In this document: positions 25,826 to 38,524 of the stretch, piece after piece | How positions within the stretch are numbered: the stretch's first letter is position 1 | Layout of the letters: each line of letters opens with the position of its first letter | Source: Chrysemys picta bellii | Lineage: Eukaryota | Direction: 5' to 3' | Length of the DNA stretch: 64,000 nt | Assembly (NCBI RefSeq): GCF_011386835.1 | Contig: NC_088792.1 | Span: 36,890,001 to 36,954,000, forward strand | The notes under the pieces: generated by a model | The model's database searches: none | Told to the model about the DNA's origin: nothing | The model's input: the letters and a program-made list of their open reading frames with translations, nothing else | Position numbers and translations under genes: made by a program

Positions 25826-27148
25826 ATGATGTCAGATTGGAGGGAGGTCTCAAGTGTGGTTCCACAGGGTGCTGTTCTGGCTGGGTGGTGTTCAACATAG
25901 TTACTAATGCACTGAATGTAGGAATACAGAGCATATTGATCAAATTTGCAGATGACACAAAGCTAGGGGGTATTGCAAACACTTTGGAGGTTAGAGCTAA
26001 AATTCAAAGGGATCTTGATAAATTGGAGAACTGAGCTATAGACAACAAAATGAAATTCAACAAAGACAAATGTAAGGTGCTACCCTTGGGAAAAAAAACC
26101 CAAATGCACAAATACAGAATGGGGGATAACTGGTTTGGCAACAGCATTGCTGAAAAGGATCTGGGAGTTGTGGTGGATCACAACCTCAGCATGAGTCGTC
26201 AATGCAATGCTGTTGCCAAAAAAAAAGGGGGGGGGAATCAATTTTTAGGTTGCATTAACAGAGGCATAGCACACAAGTCACAGGAGGTGATAGTACTGCT
26301 CTACTCTGTGGTGGTTAGGCCTCCGCTGGGGTACAGTGTCCAATTTTGGTCACCGCTTTATAAAAAGGATGTAGAGAAAGTGGATCTAGAAGCAAGCGAC
26401 AAAAATGATCAAAGGGATGGAATGCAAACGATATGAGCAAAGGCTGAAGAAATTGGGTATCTTTTGTTTGGAAAAGAGGAGATTAAGAGGGGACATGATA
26501 GCAGTCTTCAAATACTTGAAAGGCTGTCATAAGAAAGATGGAGAAAAATTATTCTCTTGCCACAGAGGGCAGAACAAGAACCATTGGGTTCAAACTACAG
26601 CATGGTAGGTTTAGATTAAACCTCACGAAAAACTTTCTAACTGTAAGAACAGTAGGACAATGGAACAGACTGCCTAGGGAGGTTGTGGAAGCGCCTTCAC
26701 TGGAAGTTTTCAAAAAGAGGCTGGGTAGACATCTGTCTTGGATGGTTTAGATCAGGGGTCCCCAACACAGTGCCCACGGGTGCCATGGTGCCCGCTGGGG
26801 CATCTAAGTGCGCCCGCGTACTGGCCGGCAGACGAGCATCTGCCGAAATGCCGCCGAGAAGCAGCAGCATCCGGAGGTGTCGCTGCCGATTTTCGGAGGC
26901 TAAGCCTCTGGATGACGGTGCTTGTTGGCGGCATTTTGGCGGCAATGCCTATTGACGTTGCTGCTTGTCGGCGGCATTTCGGTGGATGCTCGTTCGCCAT
27001 CACGGTCCTCCGTGGCTCGTCATCTGGCGCCCGCCAGACAAAAAAGGTTGGGGACCACTGGTTTAGATGCATCAAATTCTGCACCTTGGCAGGGGGTTAA
27101 TTTATATGACCTTTGCGATCCCTTCTAACCCTATGGTTCTATGATTCT
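25826..27148 (+). mobile_element. CR1 LINE 3' part, interrupted by a hAT MITE
   Basis: KFADDTKLGG, MKFNKDKCKVL, WNRLPREVVEAPSLEVFK; 3' end ggttctatgattct. Confidence 0.93.
26753..27060. mobile_element. hAT MITE nested in CR1
   Basis: TIR caggggtccccaac / gttggggaccactg; perfect 8-bp TSD GTTTAGAT. Confidence 0.95.
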
Positions 27149-27473
27149 CCTGTACTGTTTTTTCACTGTGTGCATAGAGGCATGTAGATGCATTAACGGC
27201 ACCACAAAAATCTCCCAAGAATGTGTCACTACTTTGTGTGAAGTGACATACAGAAATACTACAGTGGTAAAATAAATGCCAACAGTATTGTGTTTAGTAC
27301 TGCTAGTAACAAGCAGAATGCAGCCAGATATCTTAGCCCAGTGGAGAGGACAGGTTTATATCGTGTGCCCTGTATTTATATAACTGCAAAATTTCCATGA
27401 ATTCCGAAAAACTAGGTAAACAAATGGTAACTTTGTATTTGGAAAAATTTCCTTTCTCCATTTTCTTCACATA

Positions 27474-27672
27474 CACCTCTACCTCGATATAACGCTGTCC
27501 TCGGGAGCCAAAAAATCTTACCGCATTATAGGTGAAACCGCATTATATCGAACTTGCTTTGATCCTTCGGAGTGCGCAGTCCCGCCCCCCTCCCCCCCCC
27601 CCAGAGCACTGCTTTACCGCGTTATATCAGAATTCGTGTTATATCAGGTCGCGTCATATTGGGGTAGAGGTG
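27474..27672. mobile_element. Tc1/mariner-type MITE
   Basis: TIR cacctctacctcgatataacgc / gcgtcatattggggtagaggtg; TA on both sides. Confidence 0.85.
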
Positions 27673-28593
27673 TATTTTGCCCTTTCTGCCACTATCCCAT
27701 CTATTGACTTCATCAGCCACAGCTTTATAAATTAGCCATAGTAGAAACAGTGCAAGAGTTCTGCTGTGAACGTCTTGGGCTAAATTAGTAATACTTACAT
27801 TGGCGGCTGAGTGGATCAGCTGATTGCTTCACACACTGCACTTCCAAATATTACAGATGTTTCAATTTTTTTAAAATTCTGTTGCTTAGTTTTAGTTTAA
27901 GGTTTATTTTTATAAAATAGCTTAAAATTATTTCTCGTGGTAGTACTCCATCGCCCCTTGAATTGGGTGTTTGAGCCTTTTAAGGTTAGTAAAAAAGTAA
28001 ATCTTAAAGAAAGTTGAATTAGTATGAAAATCAGTGAAGTATGAGTCATTGCTGCCATCTCAGGAGTTTAGTGGCTTGTGAAGTGTTTCTCTTCAACCTA
28101 GTTCATGGGTTAAATAGCACATACTGTGGGAAGTCATGTAGCATCCCGAGTATCAAGTAACAACCTAGTATTTGTAGCTTGAGTGGATTTATTCCATATG
28201 CCAGCATTTCTAGCCTGTCGTAGCAGGGGTTATTGCATTCTGACTGAAGTCTGTGTCCTTTTAAAAAAAAAAAAAAAAAAAGAGCTGCAAGCTGAGCACT
28301 CCCAATTTACATGTTAAGAACCAGTTAAAGGAAGCAGTGCTGGAATTGTCATTTCAAAGTGTGTATCCTTTGGTCCAAATTAGAGTATGGGATTTTTCAT
28401 GATTTGCTGTTGGAAAGGATGATCAAAGCACAGTGAAAAAGAAGAAAATAGGACCACGAGGGACTGCTGTAGTTCTGAAAATGAAAATGTAATTATTAGG
28501 TTTCTCCCACCCCCAAACTATAATAGAGAAGTGATTTATTAATGTCTCTAATTGCTGCTGTGTGAAATTAGTTAGATAAATATTACTTTTAAG

Positions 28594-29657
28594 CAGGGTG
28601 AATTTGATTTAAATCCTGATTTTAAATCACAATTTAAATCACTAGTCAGAAAGACTCCATTTAATCATGGTTTTCTCAATAAAAGTGCATTCTTGTTGGT
28701 TGTTATAACCTTAGTACATATTTTTCACAGCTCAAAAATAGATGTAGGTTTCATTTTTAGAAGGTACATTCAGAAAATGAATGATTGGTTATTTCATTTA
28801 TCAAAGATAATTGAAGCAGGTATTTATGAAGTCATTGGGAGGTGAACTATCTCCAATTCAACAGGTTAATTATTAATATTTGGAGGATTTTCTTGCCATG
28901 CTGTATTAGGAGGAGAATATCACCAGACAGACATTAAAATTGTTTTATTTAACTAAAACAACAATGTTAAGTATTCTGGATTTTTATCTTCAACAGCAAA
29001 CATATAATATTTTAACAAAACAAACATATGTCCCTCGCTTCTCACATTTATCTCCAGACTTCTCCTTGTCCAGATCTATTCCAAAAATCTTCTATTTATT
29101 GAACTTATTTTACATTTTGCACTTTTAGAGAGAGGTAAGGGATTGACACTGTGTACACAAATTTGCAGAGGGACAATAGGGTTGAGGTCTGTTATTCTCA
29201 CCTCTATATGTTGTTTGTTTATTTAAAAACATTTTTGCTGTTAACAAGCACGTTGTCTTCTGGAGAGACACATCCACAGTTTGAGAACTGCAAAATTAAG
29301 CATCTCTGATGGTATCTTCTAGACTGAGCACTGAGTCCCATTGGGTAGGTAGAAAGATTAACCTAAATAATCTATACAGAAGCCCCTGGAACCCCATAAA
29401 ATTGGGTCCCTAATCCATGAACTATTGGAACTCATTTACAAAACTTTTCTTAAACATTACATGAATATATTGTCTCCTACTATCGAATTAGAATTTATAA
29501 TCCCTATTCCATGATGAGATATCTTTGAGCTATAATGTATCTTAATTAAAACTATCTTTAGATAGGTCTCTTCCTCAAAAAGCATTTTATCAAAAAAATC
29601 TGATTTAAATAAAAAAAAATCTATTTTTTTTTAAATAATTGATTTTTATCCACCCTG
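28594..29657. mobile_element. Non-autonomous hAT element (about 1.06 kb)
   Basis: ends cagggtgaa / tccaccctg with gatttaaat subterminal motifs; perfect 8-bp TSD CTTTTAAG. Confidence 0.9.
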
Positions 29658-30950
29658 CTTTTAAGGAAAATATCTTTTACTTTGAAATGTGTTGTAATTA
29701 CAGAGTTTTAGATTGCATTGGCAAGTTCTGCTGCTGACTTTTACATTTAGTATAACAGAACAGCTTTTTATAATGGACGTTAGTCTTTTAGTTCAAGACA
29801 TTGCTTCACTTTTCATCTAACGTACCATTGGTGACATAGAGCAGAGGGCTGTATAAAATTACTAAACTTGTAATAGATTTTTCTGCCATTTTAAAAATGT
29901 AAGTGTGCAACCAGAATGTGATGGTACAAGGTGACAGTTTTGAACAGAACTGTTAGTGACTATTTGAAAAGCACAATACCGTGCATGCAGTTGTGTTCAC
30001 ACAAAGCAAAGAATAAACCTCTGTTTGTGAATGTTCACTGATTTCAATAGGCTTTTCAGAAGCTCTGCATATTAAAATTCACGGCACTTAGAATACATAC
30101 ATATTAATTATAGCAGTACAGTTCAGCAACATGCTCATGATCTGGTTCTCTCCATCTTTCTCCTGTACCTCTGTACTGGAATAAGTATTTTCCTTGTATT
30201 CTTAGTGTATTTTAGGAGATGTTTATATGCTGTCGCTTTGAAAAATCTGTTGTTGTTTTTCCAACACTTCATCTTGTAAGAAGTACATAAAAATCATGGA
30301 AATGCTTAAGCTTTTTTGGATTACTGCACAATGACACTCGTTGCTTTTGAGACTGTGAGGTGTTGGACATGTACAGACTGCAATCCTTTATATGAGCAAT
30401 TAGTGGAAGATATAATTGGTAGGTAGTAGTCTTTTAAATAGGGGTTTGGCTATCTTTTAAGTATGTTGCCATTTCAAACCTTGCTGTTTTGAGCTTTTTT
30501 GTAATTTTTGTTTGAAGATTAATAACTATTTGAGGTTTTATGCATAAATTGTAATGCAGTGAATATTGTATTCCATTTCGCTTGCATTTAGCCTTCTTAT
30601 GCATCAGCAACTGAATTTAGAAGTATAGTTTTCTGACCAACATCATGCTGTTTAAACAGCATACCATTTAAACCTAGAAATTCTATTGTGACAGTTGTAT
30701 GAACATTCTTTATTCTTATCCCAAATATGTAACTAACATTAGTATGTCGATAGGATATGGCACCAACTTTCCTTAAGAAAAATGTATGTTTTAATAATGT
30801 GAATTAACTGGATCCTTAATGTTTGAAAGGCTGGATGTTTAAGATATTAGTTTCTGATATTCTAATGAAGAGGCAAGTTCAGCCTGCTGTTTAGTCTGAG
30901 CTCTTTACTAAAGCGTTTAACATGCTAATATATTGCATATTGCCTTGTAG

Positions 30951-31109
30951 ATGATCCAAGTAGCCCTAGTATTGACCATGACATTGCACACATTCCTGCT
31001 TCTGCTGTTATTTCTGCATCTGCTGCTCAAGCTCCCACTATAACAACGGTTCCTCCCAGTCCCACATCTTCAGTTCCTTTAATTCGACGTCAGCTATCCC
31101 ATGACCATG
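30951..31109 (+). CDS. ARHGAP21: ARHGAP21 exon ([11 protein letters not shown]...RRQLSHDH)
   Basis: ccttgtag|ATGATC; CATG|gtaagt; 159 nt, phase 1/1. Confidence 0.95.
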
Positions 31110-31268
31110 GTAAGTTTGTTTGTTTTGTTTTGTTTTTAAACAAAACTTTTTCTTTTAAAATTTGTTTTCTTTCATATGACAGCTTATGATGTTTTATTGC
31201 TTCAAATAGTCAAAACATAAAATGTGATTGCAGCTGATTCGTGTTTGATAATTTTGATTGACTTGCAG

Positions 31269-31371
31269 AATCTATCAGGCCTAGTATATTGGATGGTCAA
31301 TCTCCTGCAAAAACTGAGAGATCCAAGTCTTATGATGAGGGATTGGATGACTATAAAGAAGAAGGAAAATT
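31269..31371 (+). CDS. ARHGAP21: ARHGAP21 exon (ESIRPS...[20 protein letters not shown])
   Basis: ttgcag|AATCT; AATT|gtaagt; 103 nt, phase 1/2. Confidence 0.95.
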
Positions 31372-31476
31372 GTAAGTCCTGAACAAATCTGTGCGCGCGC
31401 AAACAGACGCCTGCACTTTTTTTATTAAAAAGTGCACAAAATGTTCATTATAATACCTACTTTTTTCTCCCAACAG

Positions 31477-31513
31477 GTCTATTAAACATGTATCTAGTTT
31501 AAAGGGGATCAAG
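31477..31513 (+). CDS. ARHGAP21: ARHGAP21 37-nt exon (LSIKHVSSLKGIK)
   Basis: caacag|GTCTATT; CAAG|gttagt; phase 2/0; restores frame. Confidence 0.92.
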
Positions 31514-32149
31514 GTTAGTAACATATTTAACAATATTACAAGAGTTGTGGATATTAGTGTTTGCTAATATGAGTTATATGAATTTTAAATATTGTGCTGG
31601 GTCACATATGTGAAATCATGGCAATTTGTTTTTGTTACCTATTTAATCATTCTAAAATGACTTTTTGATGCCAGGTTTAGGAAAAAATATAAGTCACCAT
31701 ATTGTGACAAGTTAGTAAATGTGAACTGTTCTCCAATTTCTCTACTATTTTTTTCAAGGTACTTTAAAATGCCATTAGACTTGTTTTATAGCTGAACAAA
31801 AGGCTTTGGTTTTCATTTTCTGCAGCATCTTACATCTGAGCTATAGTATATGATGCACTCAAAGACAAAAATATCAAAATAAATTAAAGGTGGAATGTCA
31901 CAAGAATTACGTAGGCTTGAATAGTGTGTGACTTCACAGTTAATCATTTTGTACTAATGGAATAGTAGAAAGCGTCTTACCCTGATAAGTATTTCCTTGC
32001 ACCACACACTGAGGAAACCTTCACATAGAGATGTGGGCCTGAGGGGTGGGGGGAGGAAGGGGGATGAGGGGGAAAATTACCTAAATATAGACCTCTACTG
32101 AGAAATCTATTTAGAGTACCTCTTGATATTCTGACTTATTTTTCTTTAG

Positions 32150-32275
32150 GTCCCAGACAGCCAAAAATCTTCAGAAGACTCTGGATCCAGAAAAGATTCC
32201 TCATCAGAGGTCTTTGGCGATGCCTCCAAGGAAGGATGGCTCTATTTTCGACAGCTTGTCTCAGACAAGGGAAAG
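32150..32275 (+). CDS. ARHGAP21: ARHGAP21 exon, start of PH domain ([10 protein letters not shown]...[16 protein letters not shown])
   Basis: tctttag|GTCCCA; AAG|gtattg; 126 nt. Confidence 0.95.
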
Positions 32276-33057
32276 GTATTGTGCTTTCTAACATACATAA
32301 AGGATAATATTAAAAAAAAAAAACTGCCAAAATTGAGGGTAAGAAAAGTCATTTGTAGGCAAGAGCTGTTCCTTGTAAAGCTTTCTTGTATGAAGTAAGA
32401 TATTATGTAAGGGGCACTAACAAAAGTGACATTAAGCATTTAGCTTTAATCGGGCAACTTCTATATCTTCTTTCATAGATTATGTTCGTAGCTGCCTTCA
32501 TTTCTGTTGGTTTAAATTAAGAGCAATAGTGATTAATTTCACATCTCAGACTTAGTTATTTAGTGCAAATAATCAACTTTTAGAATGCTGGGAGTGTAGA
32601 TTTTTCTTATGCGAACAGTGGGACAGATTTGTGTATTTACATCATTTTTGAAGTCGAACAAACCTCATGGACCCGCTGGAAATTCATAGGCCAAGATTTT
32701 CAAAGATGAAGGAGCCTGATTTTCAGAGGGGAAGGGAAGTGGCTCAGCGCTTCTTACAATCAAGCCTTTTGAAGGTGACGTAAGTGGAGCACCCAGTCAC
32801 TTTTGAAAATCTTGGTTATAATGCCTGCTAATTCTGTAACCATCCCTTCTTAAAATTTCTGATCCTTTTGCTACTGTCACATTTCCACACATACAATATT
32901 ATATGTTCAGGTAGGAGCGACAGTTGAGAAATTTGCCCTTTCCCTTGGTGCAAAGCAGTCAGTGACTAGTACTTTTATTATACAAAAACTGAGTGTTCTG
33001 TGCTATCCTGTGTTCAATCTTTGTGTTCTAAAAGTTTTGTATGTGGCTTATAACTAG

Positions 33058-33402
<345 letters not shown>

Positions 33403-34736
33403 TAATCTTACAAGTTGTTTTATTCTATTGTATTTTCTTTTAATGATTATACTTTCTTATTTATAATAGGACAAATATATTTTTCTGTTTTTGGTTGACG
33501 CTAAATTGAAATAGGGATTAGGGAGTAAAAGAAAAACTGCAGTGAAATTAGATACCCATATAACTACATCTATTTACATAGAAGAATAAACTCTTAATCT
33601 ATCTTTTGAAGTTTAAGTATCCCAAAGAATAATTGAGTAATAAAAAGATGGCAATTTAATAATCTGATGTTTAGTTAATCTATACTTAACTTTAAAAATA
33701 GTAAAATAAGTTTTGCCCATTAAAAAGTTGTTTAAAAATCATTTTTAATTTAACTACAAACATATTTTAAGTTACACTGTACAATACCTGTTAAAATCCC
33801 TATTTTACAATGTAATCAGGTGGGAGTAGTAATTTCTGGCCTATTCTATCCCAGCAGACCCTGTTGGGAAGTAGCAGTATAGGAGCAGTTTTCACTTAGA
33901 AACTTTGCACCATTAATAATTACATAGTGAAACATTGACAGGTATTTAAAAAAACTGTTTTGTAATTTTCATATTCATTTACATAAATTCTAATAAGCAT
34001 TTTAGAAGATAGGGCATGTTGTATGCATATGCACACATGCATATTATATATAAATGTTGATATCGGTCTCTATATATACTGAATTTGTAAAACATTTTTG
34101 TATGTATTTTTGATAGGTTTACATTTTTGTTCCGGGAAGAAAAATATTTCCATGGTGCTTTTTAATTACAGCTGTTTGAAGCTGCTCAGTTTTAGAATAA
34201 TTAGCCTAGGGAAGGTGGATTATAAGCAGACTTTTGGTGAGGTGGTTAAAAGCATTTGTTAAGTAGTCAGCCGTATGATAAATTGTAGAACTTTCAGTGC
34301 CACATATGTGGGTAGGAAGGTATTGTATGTGTATAGACTGAGATTTTCAGAGCAGTGTCGGGAATATAGTCACACATCTTCTATTAAAATGCAAGTTTAT
34401 TGAAAATCTCTGGGTAAATCCTCTGCACTTATTTGAAAACACTATCATAGCAGTTAACTTATAACTGATCACCATAGCTTTCCTTTAATCTTTCAAACAA
34501 TGTCTTTATTTTTTGTTTTGAAATATATTTGAATATATTCTCTATTCCTGAGAATACCCATTACATTTTAGCAGTACTGGAATTGAACTCTACAACTACC
34601 CAGTGTATGTTATCTGATTATGGGAATAGTTGTGCGTATTCTAAAGGTGGTTAGATAACCTTTTGCAATGGTATTATCAAAACTAGGATTATAAAGGAGA
34701 TCTCGATTTTTATTTATTTTATTTATTTATTTACAG

Positions 34737-34801
34737 GATACTGGTGTCACTAGTAGGGACCTAATTAGCCGGAGGATTAAAGAATATAGCACAATGATGA
34801 G
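34737..34801 (+). CDS. ARHGAP21: ARHGAP21 exon (DTGVTSRDLISRRIKEYSTMM)
   Basis: ttacag|GATACT; GAG|gtaagc; 65 nt, phase 0/2. Confidence 0.94.
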
Positions 34802-34891
34802 GTAAGCAGTCTATATGCAGTGGGCAGTTTTATTTGCCTGGTACCTAGCTTCTCTGTACCAAGTAATGTCTTATTTCAGTTCTTCCAGCAG

Positions 34892-35028
34892 CAAAACAGA
34901 GCCGTCCCCCAAAACACCTCGACAGAGTCTCAGTATCAGGCAAACATTTCTTGGCACTAAAACAGAACAAAGGACCCAAAGTCCTCACTCTCCCAAGGAG
35001 GAGTCAGAAAGGAAGCTGCTCACTAAAG
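34892..35028 (+). CDS. ARHGAP21: ARHGAP21 exon ([11 protein letters not shown]...RKLLTK); alternative in-frame acceptors at 34880 and 34889
   Basis: three in-frame AGs; AAAG|gtgtgt; phase 2/1. Which acceptor is used cannot be determined from sequence alone. Confidence 0.9.
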
Positions 35029-35206
35029 GTGTGTATTCTGCATACATGATTGTTTGTTAAACCTATACAAAATTAACATTGTAGAAGGCCAAATGTTCAG
35101 GACATAAGAGTTGCTTTAGCCCAGATCTTCAGATATGTTAATATATATATGCAAACAAGCATTAACTAGCTTTTTTGAGCTGTATTTATAATCACTGACA
35201 GTCTGT

Positions 35207-35370
35207 GGGCTTGTCTTCACTATCATGCTACATCAGCACAGCTGCGCCGACGTAGCACATCTGGTCAAGACACGTTATGTTGACAGGAGAGCATCTCCTG
35301 CCAACATAGCGCGGTGTCTAAGTCGATGTAACTTTGTCACTCAGAGGTGGTTTTTTTCAGGCCCTTGAAG
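35207..35370. mobile_element. Old Harbinger-like MITE remnant
   Basis: starts gggcttgtcttcact; similar to 20623..20886. Confidence 0.45.
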
Positions 35371-36413
35371 TTCTGTATTGCAGTCTCTTCGGAGGTAAGT
35401 CTTGGCTCTTTTTCTGCAACTGTCTGTAGTGACAGCAGCAATAGAATACACCAGCGTTGTGCTTCTCACAGCCAAGCTCTACCAAGCTTGTGCCTTGCTT
35501 CAGAGAAGATTAATCTTATCTAGCACTAGTCTTTCCCTCCCCTGGTTGACCTGCAAATGACTGGGTAGAACCATTTATAAACTATTGTTAAGAAAACAAT
35601 TTTTTTCTCTAAAACCTTTTATAACAGTAGAGGATTTTCTTGCCCCATGAATTTAAAGTATAGAAAGGAAAACATACTATTTAGGGTGGGAAAAAGGTAT
35701 TGCTTTTCCCAGAGCAAGAAATTAAACTCTGCTGAGCTTTTCCTGAGGTGCCACATATTAAATTTCACAGATGAGTGAGCTGCAACTGTAAACGTAAGTC
35801 AGTAATAGATCTCCAACTGGTAAAGTCTCAGGCCAAAATTTCTAAAGGGAGTTGTTGGTGCACAGCACTGCTGAAAGTCAGACCACTGATTTTAGTGACT
35901 GAGCACTCAGGTTTGAACATGTGCGCCTGAACTCAGAGAATAAATTCCGTTTTGTGCCCCAAACAAGTTTTCCTTTGTACTGACTATCATGATCATACTG
36001 TATTATATACTAAAACTGCAATAGCAGTTTGCTGGAGAGGTAGTGATGAGTAACCTTCAGGATCTTAAACAGCATTATTTCTCCAGGAACCTCTGAATAA
36101 GAGGACAGGATCACATCAGGAGACTTATAGTGCTAGTGCAGCCTCACTTACCTGTATCATTGAGGGGAGCCAAACATTGTGCATATCACTGAGTTTTAGC
36201 AATTGAGACTGCATCTATCTAAGGGTAAAATTTTCAGAAGCATCCAAGTCCCATTTTCAAAAGTGATGTAAGCACTTAGAAGCCTGAGTTCCATTGATTT
36301 TCAGTGAGACTTGGGCTCTGAAAATGAGACTTGGACACTTTTGAAAACTTTACTGTTAGCATAATTAAGTCACATAGTGCAAGCCACGCTTTTTCACCTG
36401 TTTCTAGCCCTAA

Positions 36414-36703
36414 GGCCTGGTCTACACTCGGGGGGGTGGGCGGGATCGGTCTAAGTTATGCAACTTCAGCTACGTGAATAACGTAGCTGAAGTCGACGTA
36501 CTTAGATCTACTTACCGCAGTGTCTTCACAACGGTGAGTCGACTGCTGTCGCTCCCCCGTCGACTCTGCCTGCGCCTCTCACAGAGCTGGAGTACAGGAG
36601 AGCACTCGGGGATCGATTTATCGCGTCTAGACTAGATGCGATAAATCGATCCCCACTGGATCGATCACTGCCCGCCAATCCGGCCGGTAGTGAAGACATA
36701 CCC
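36414..36703. mobile_element. PIF/Harbinger MITE
   Basis: TIR ggcctggtctacact / agtgaagacataccc; 3-bp TSD TAA on both sides. Confidence 0.88.
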
Positions 36704-36740
36704 TAAGTCTTGAGATTGGATGTATCCAAAACCGGTGGTG

Positions 36741-36928
36741 GTTCTTTGAGAGCTTGCTCATGAGGATTCCATTCTAGTTGTGCATATGCCCACGTGCGCG
36801 GTCATCGGAGATTTTTGCCTTAGTGGTATCTGTAGGGTCGGCTGTGATGCCCCCTTGAGTTCCACGCTCATGCGTCCGGTATATTAGGCGCTGCCGGCCC
36901 TGTGCCCTCTCAGTTCCTTCTTACCGCC
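36741..36928 (+). repeat. DIRS left inverted terminal repeat
   Basis: reverse complement of about 40612..40800 (e.g. gagatttttgccttag / ctaaggcaaaaatctc). Confidence 0.9.
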
Positions 36929-37100
36929 TGTGGTGGTTAGTCGGAGTGCCTTTCCTTACATAGTAAGGATTAGCGGTTTTGTCTCTTCTGACTTTGAGCC
37001 TTAGGGCCTTGTAAATAGTTGGTTTATAGTAGTTAGTGTTAAGCACTTGTTAAGTGTAGTTAGAAGTTAGTCCCAACGGGGACTTCTCCCCAGGCAGGGA

Positions 37101-38498
37101 ATGCCCTGGTCTCTGGTGTTTAAGCCCTGCTTGGACTGCAATAGGCCTATCCCTGTTAGTGACCCCCATAGCAGTTGCCTCAAGGGCTTGGGGGAATCGC
37201 ATTTGAAAGACAAGTGTCACAACTGTAAAAACTTTCGACCCATAACCCAGGAAGAGAGCAACATCCATTTGAGGATCCTCCTTATGGAGGCTGCTCTCCG
37301 CCTGGCTTCTGAGCCGTCCCAGCTGGACTCTACTCCTAGGACCTTGGCCTCAGTGCATAGCACACCCCCTGCACCAGTGCCCAGAAAGAAGACCAAGAAA
37401 CATGGCTCCCTGACACCAGGCAAGAAAGGCCATCCGGTATCGGGCAAAGGACCCAGTTCGGGCTGCCCACCCACACCAGAGCCACATGGACATGCCTCCC
37501 TAGTCGGGGCCCTTAGCCCCCCAAAGGAGCCACCTCTGAATCCTGGAAGCAGTAGGGGACTCAGTCTTGTGGCAGGATCAATGCCTTCCCAGGCTCTCCT
37601 GGCACCTAGAGAGCAGAGGCCTTTACCAGCGCCGCTGGCACCTCGTGTGCTGCAGGAAGCGGCAAAGGCTCCCTACGAGGGCAAGCCAGCTGCCAAGACC
37701 CCCCAGAGGCAGTTGAATGCTGCCGATGTCCTGAGCCAAGGCAACGCGCTCCGACTTCACGCTGCAGACCTCTGGCTTTGCAGCTCAGATCTTCAGGGGC
37801 TTGCACTAGATCATGGGCACTGTGTTCGTAGTCTCTGCCCTCTCGATGTGGGTCTCCTAGTGGGAGGTGCCGGTCTCCATATTACCAGCACTGTTCACCC
37901 TCCCGCCAGTTGTCTTGTCGGCGCGGGGCCCCAGCACCGGTCTTCCTATTCGAAGCACCGGTCACCAGCGATGACCGTCGGCCGACAAATGCAGGCATCA
38001 ACGGCTCCACCATGGTCACCAGAAAGGGATTGCTCTGGCGTGGAAGGGCAGATTAGCTCCTCACCAAGGCATCACAAGCGTGATTGGCACCGGAGGCTGT
38101 GTCGACTTCTAAACTGTCACCTTGGCAGCACGGCCAGTGGACAGCACAGTGGCCCTATTGGAGTGCGTGGGGCATGCCTGTGATGCCTATGCCCCCTTCA
38201 CACCACTCGTCGGCGACCAACTCGGAGCAATGTTGACGGCACCAGGCTTGGTGCAGAAAACGTGCTCAGAGGTTGGGGTACAGTAGCCAGCGCCCACCCC
38301 AAAACCCGCTTTCCTCACAGGGGATGATGCCCTGGGGCATCCCCCAGCTGTTCAGTCATGTCCTCATCCCCAGACGAGGTGGTGGGGGGATCCTGGAGGG
38401 CCAGCCTGCCAGATGATTTTAAAGAACACCTGCACCTCTAGGCCCTGCTTCAACAGGTGGCCGAGAACTTCAGTCTAGAGGTGGAGGAGATGGCCGAG
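37101..38498 (+). pseudogene. DIRS gag-like ORF1, frameshifted and truncated
   Basis: FKPCLDCNRPIPVSDPHSSCLKGLGESH..DKCHNCK Cys/His motif; later ..DDFKEH..ALLQQVAENFSLEVEEMAE. Confidence 0.8.
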
Positions 38499-38524
38499 TT
38501 AGTCTTAAACGTGCCACAGGACTC

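Noticed and set aside
28387-28495. MGFFMICCWKG*SKHSEKEEN... (possible first exon or Sec read-through)
   Set aside because: In-frame TGA, no SECIS evidence, and the nearby donor is phase 0 where phase 1 is needed.
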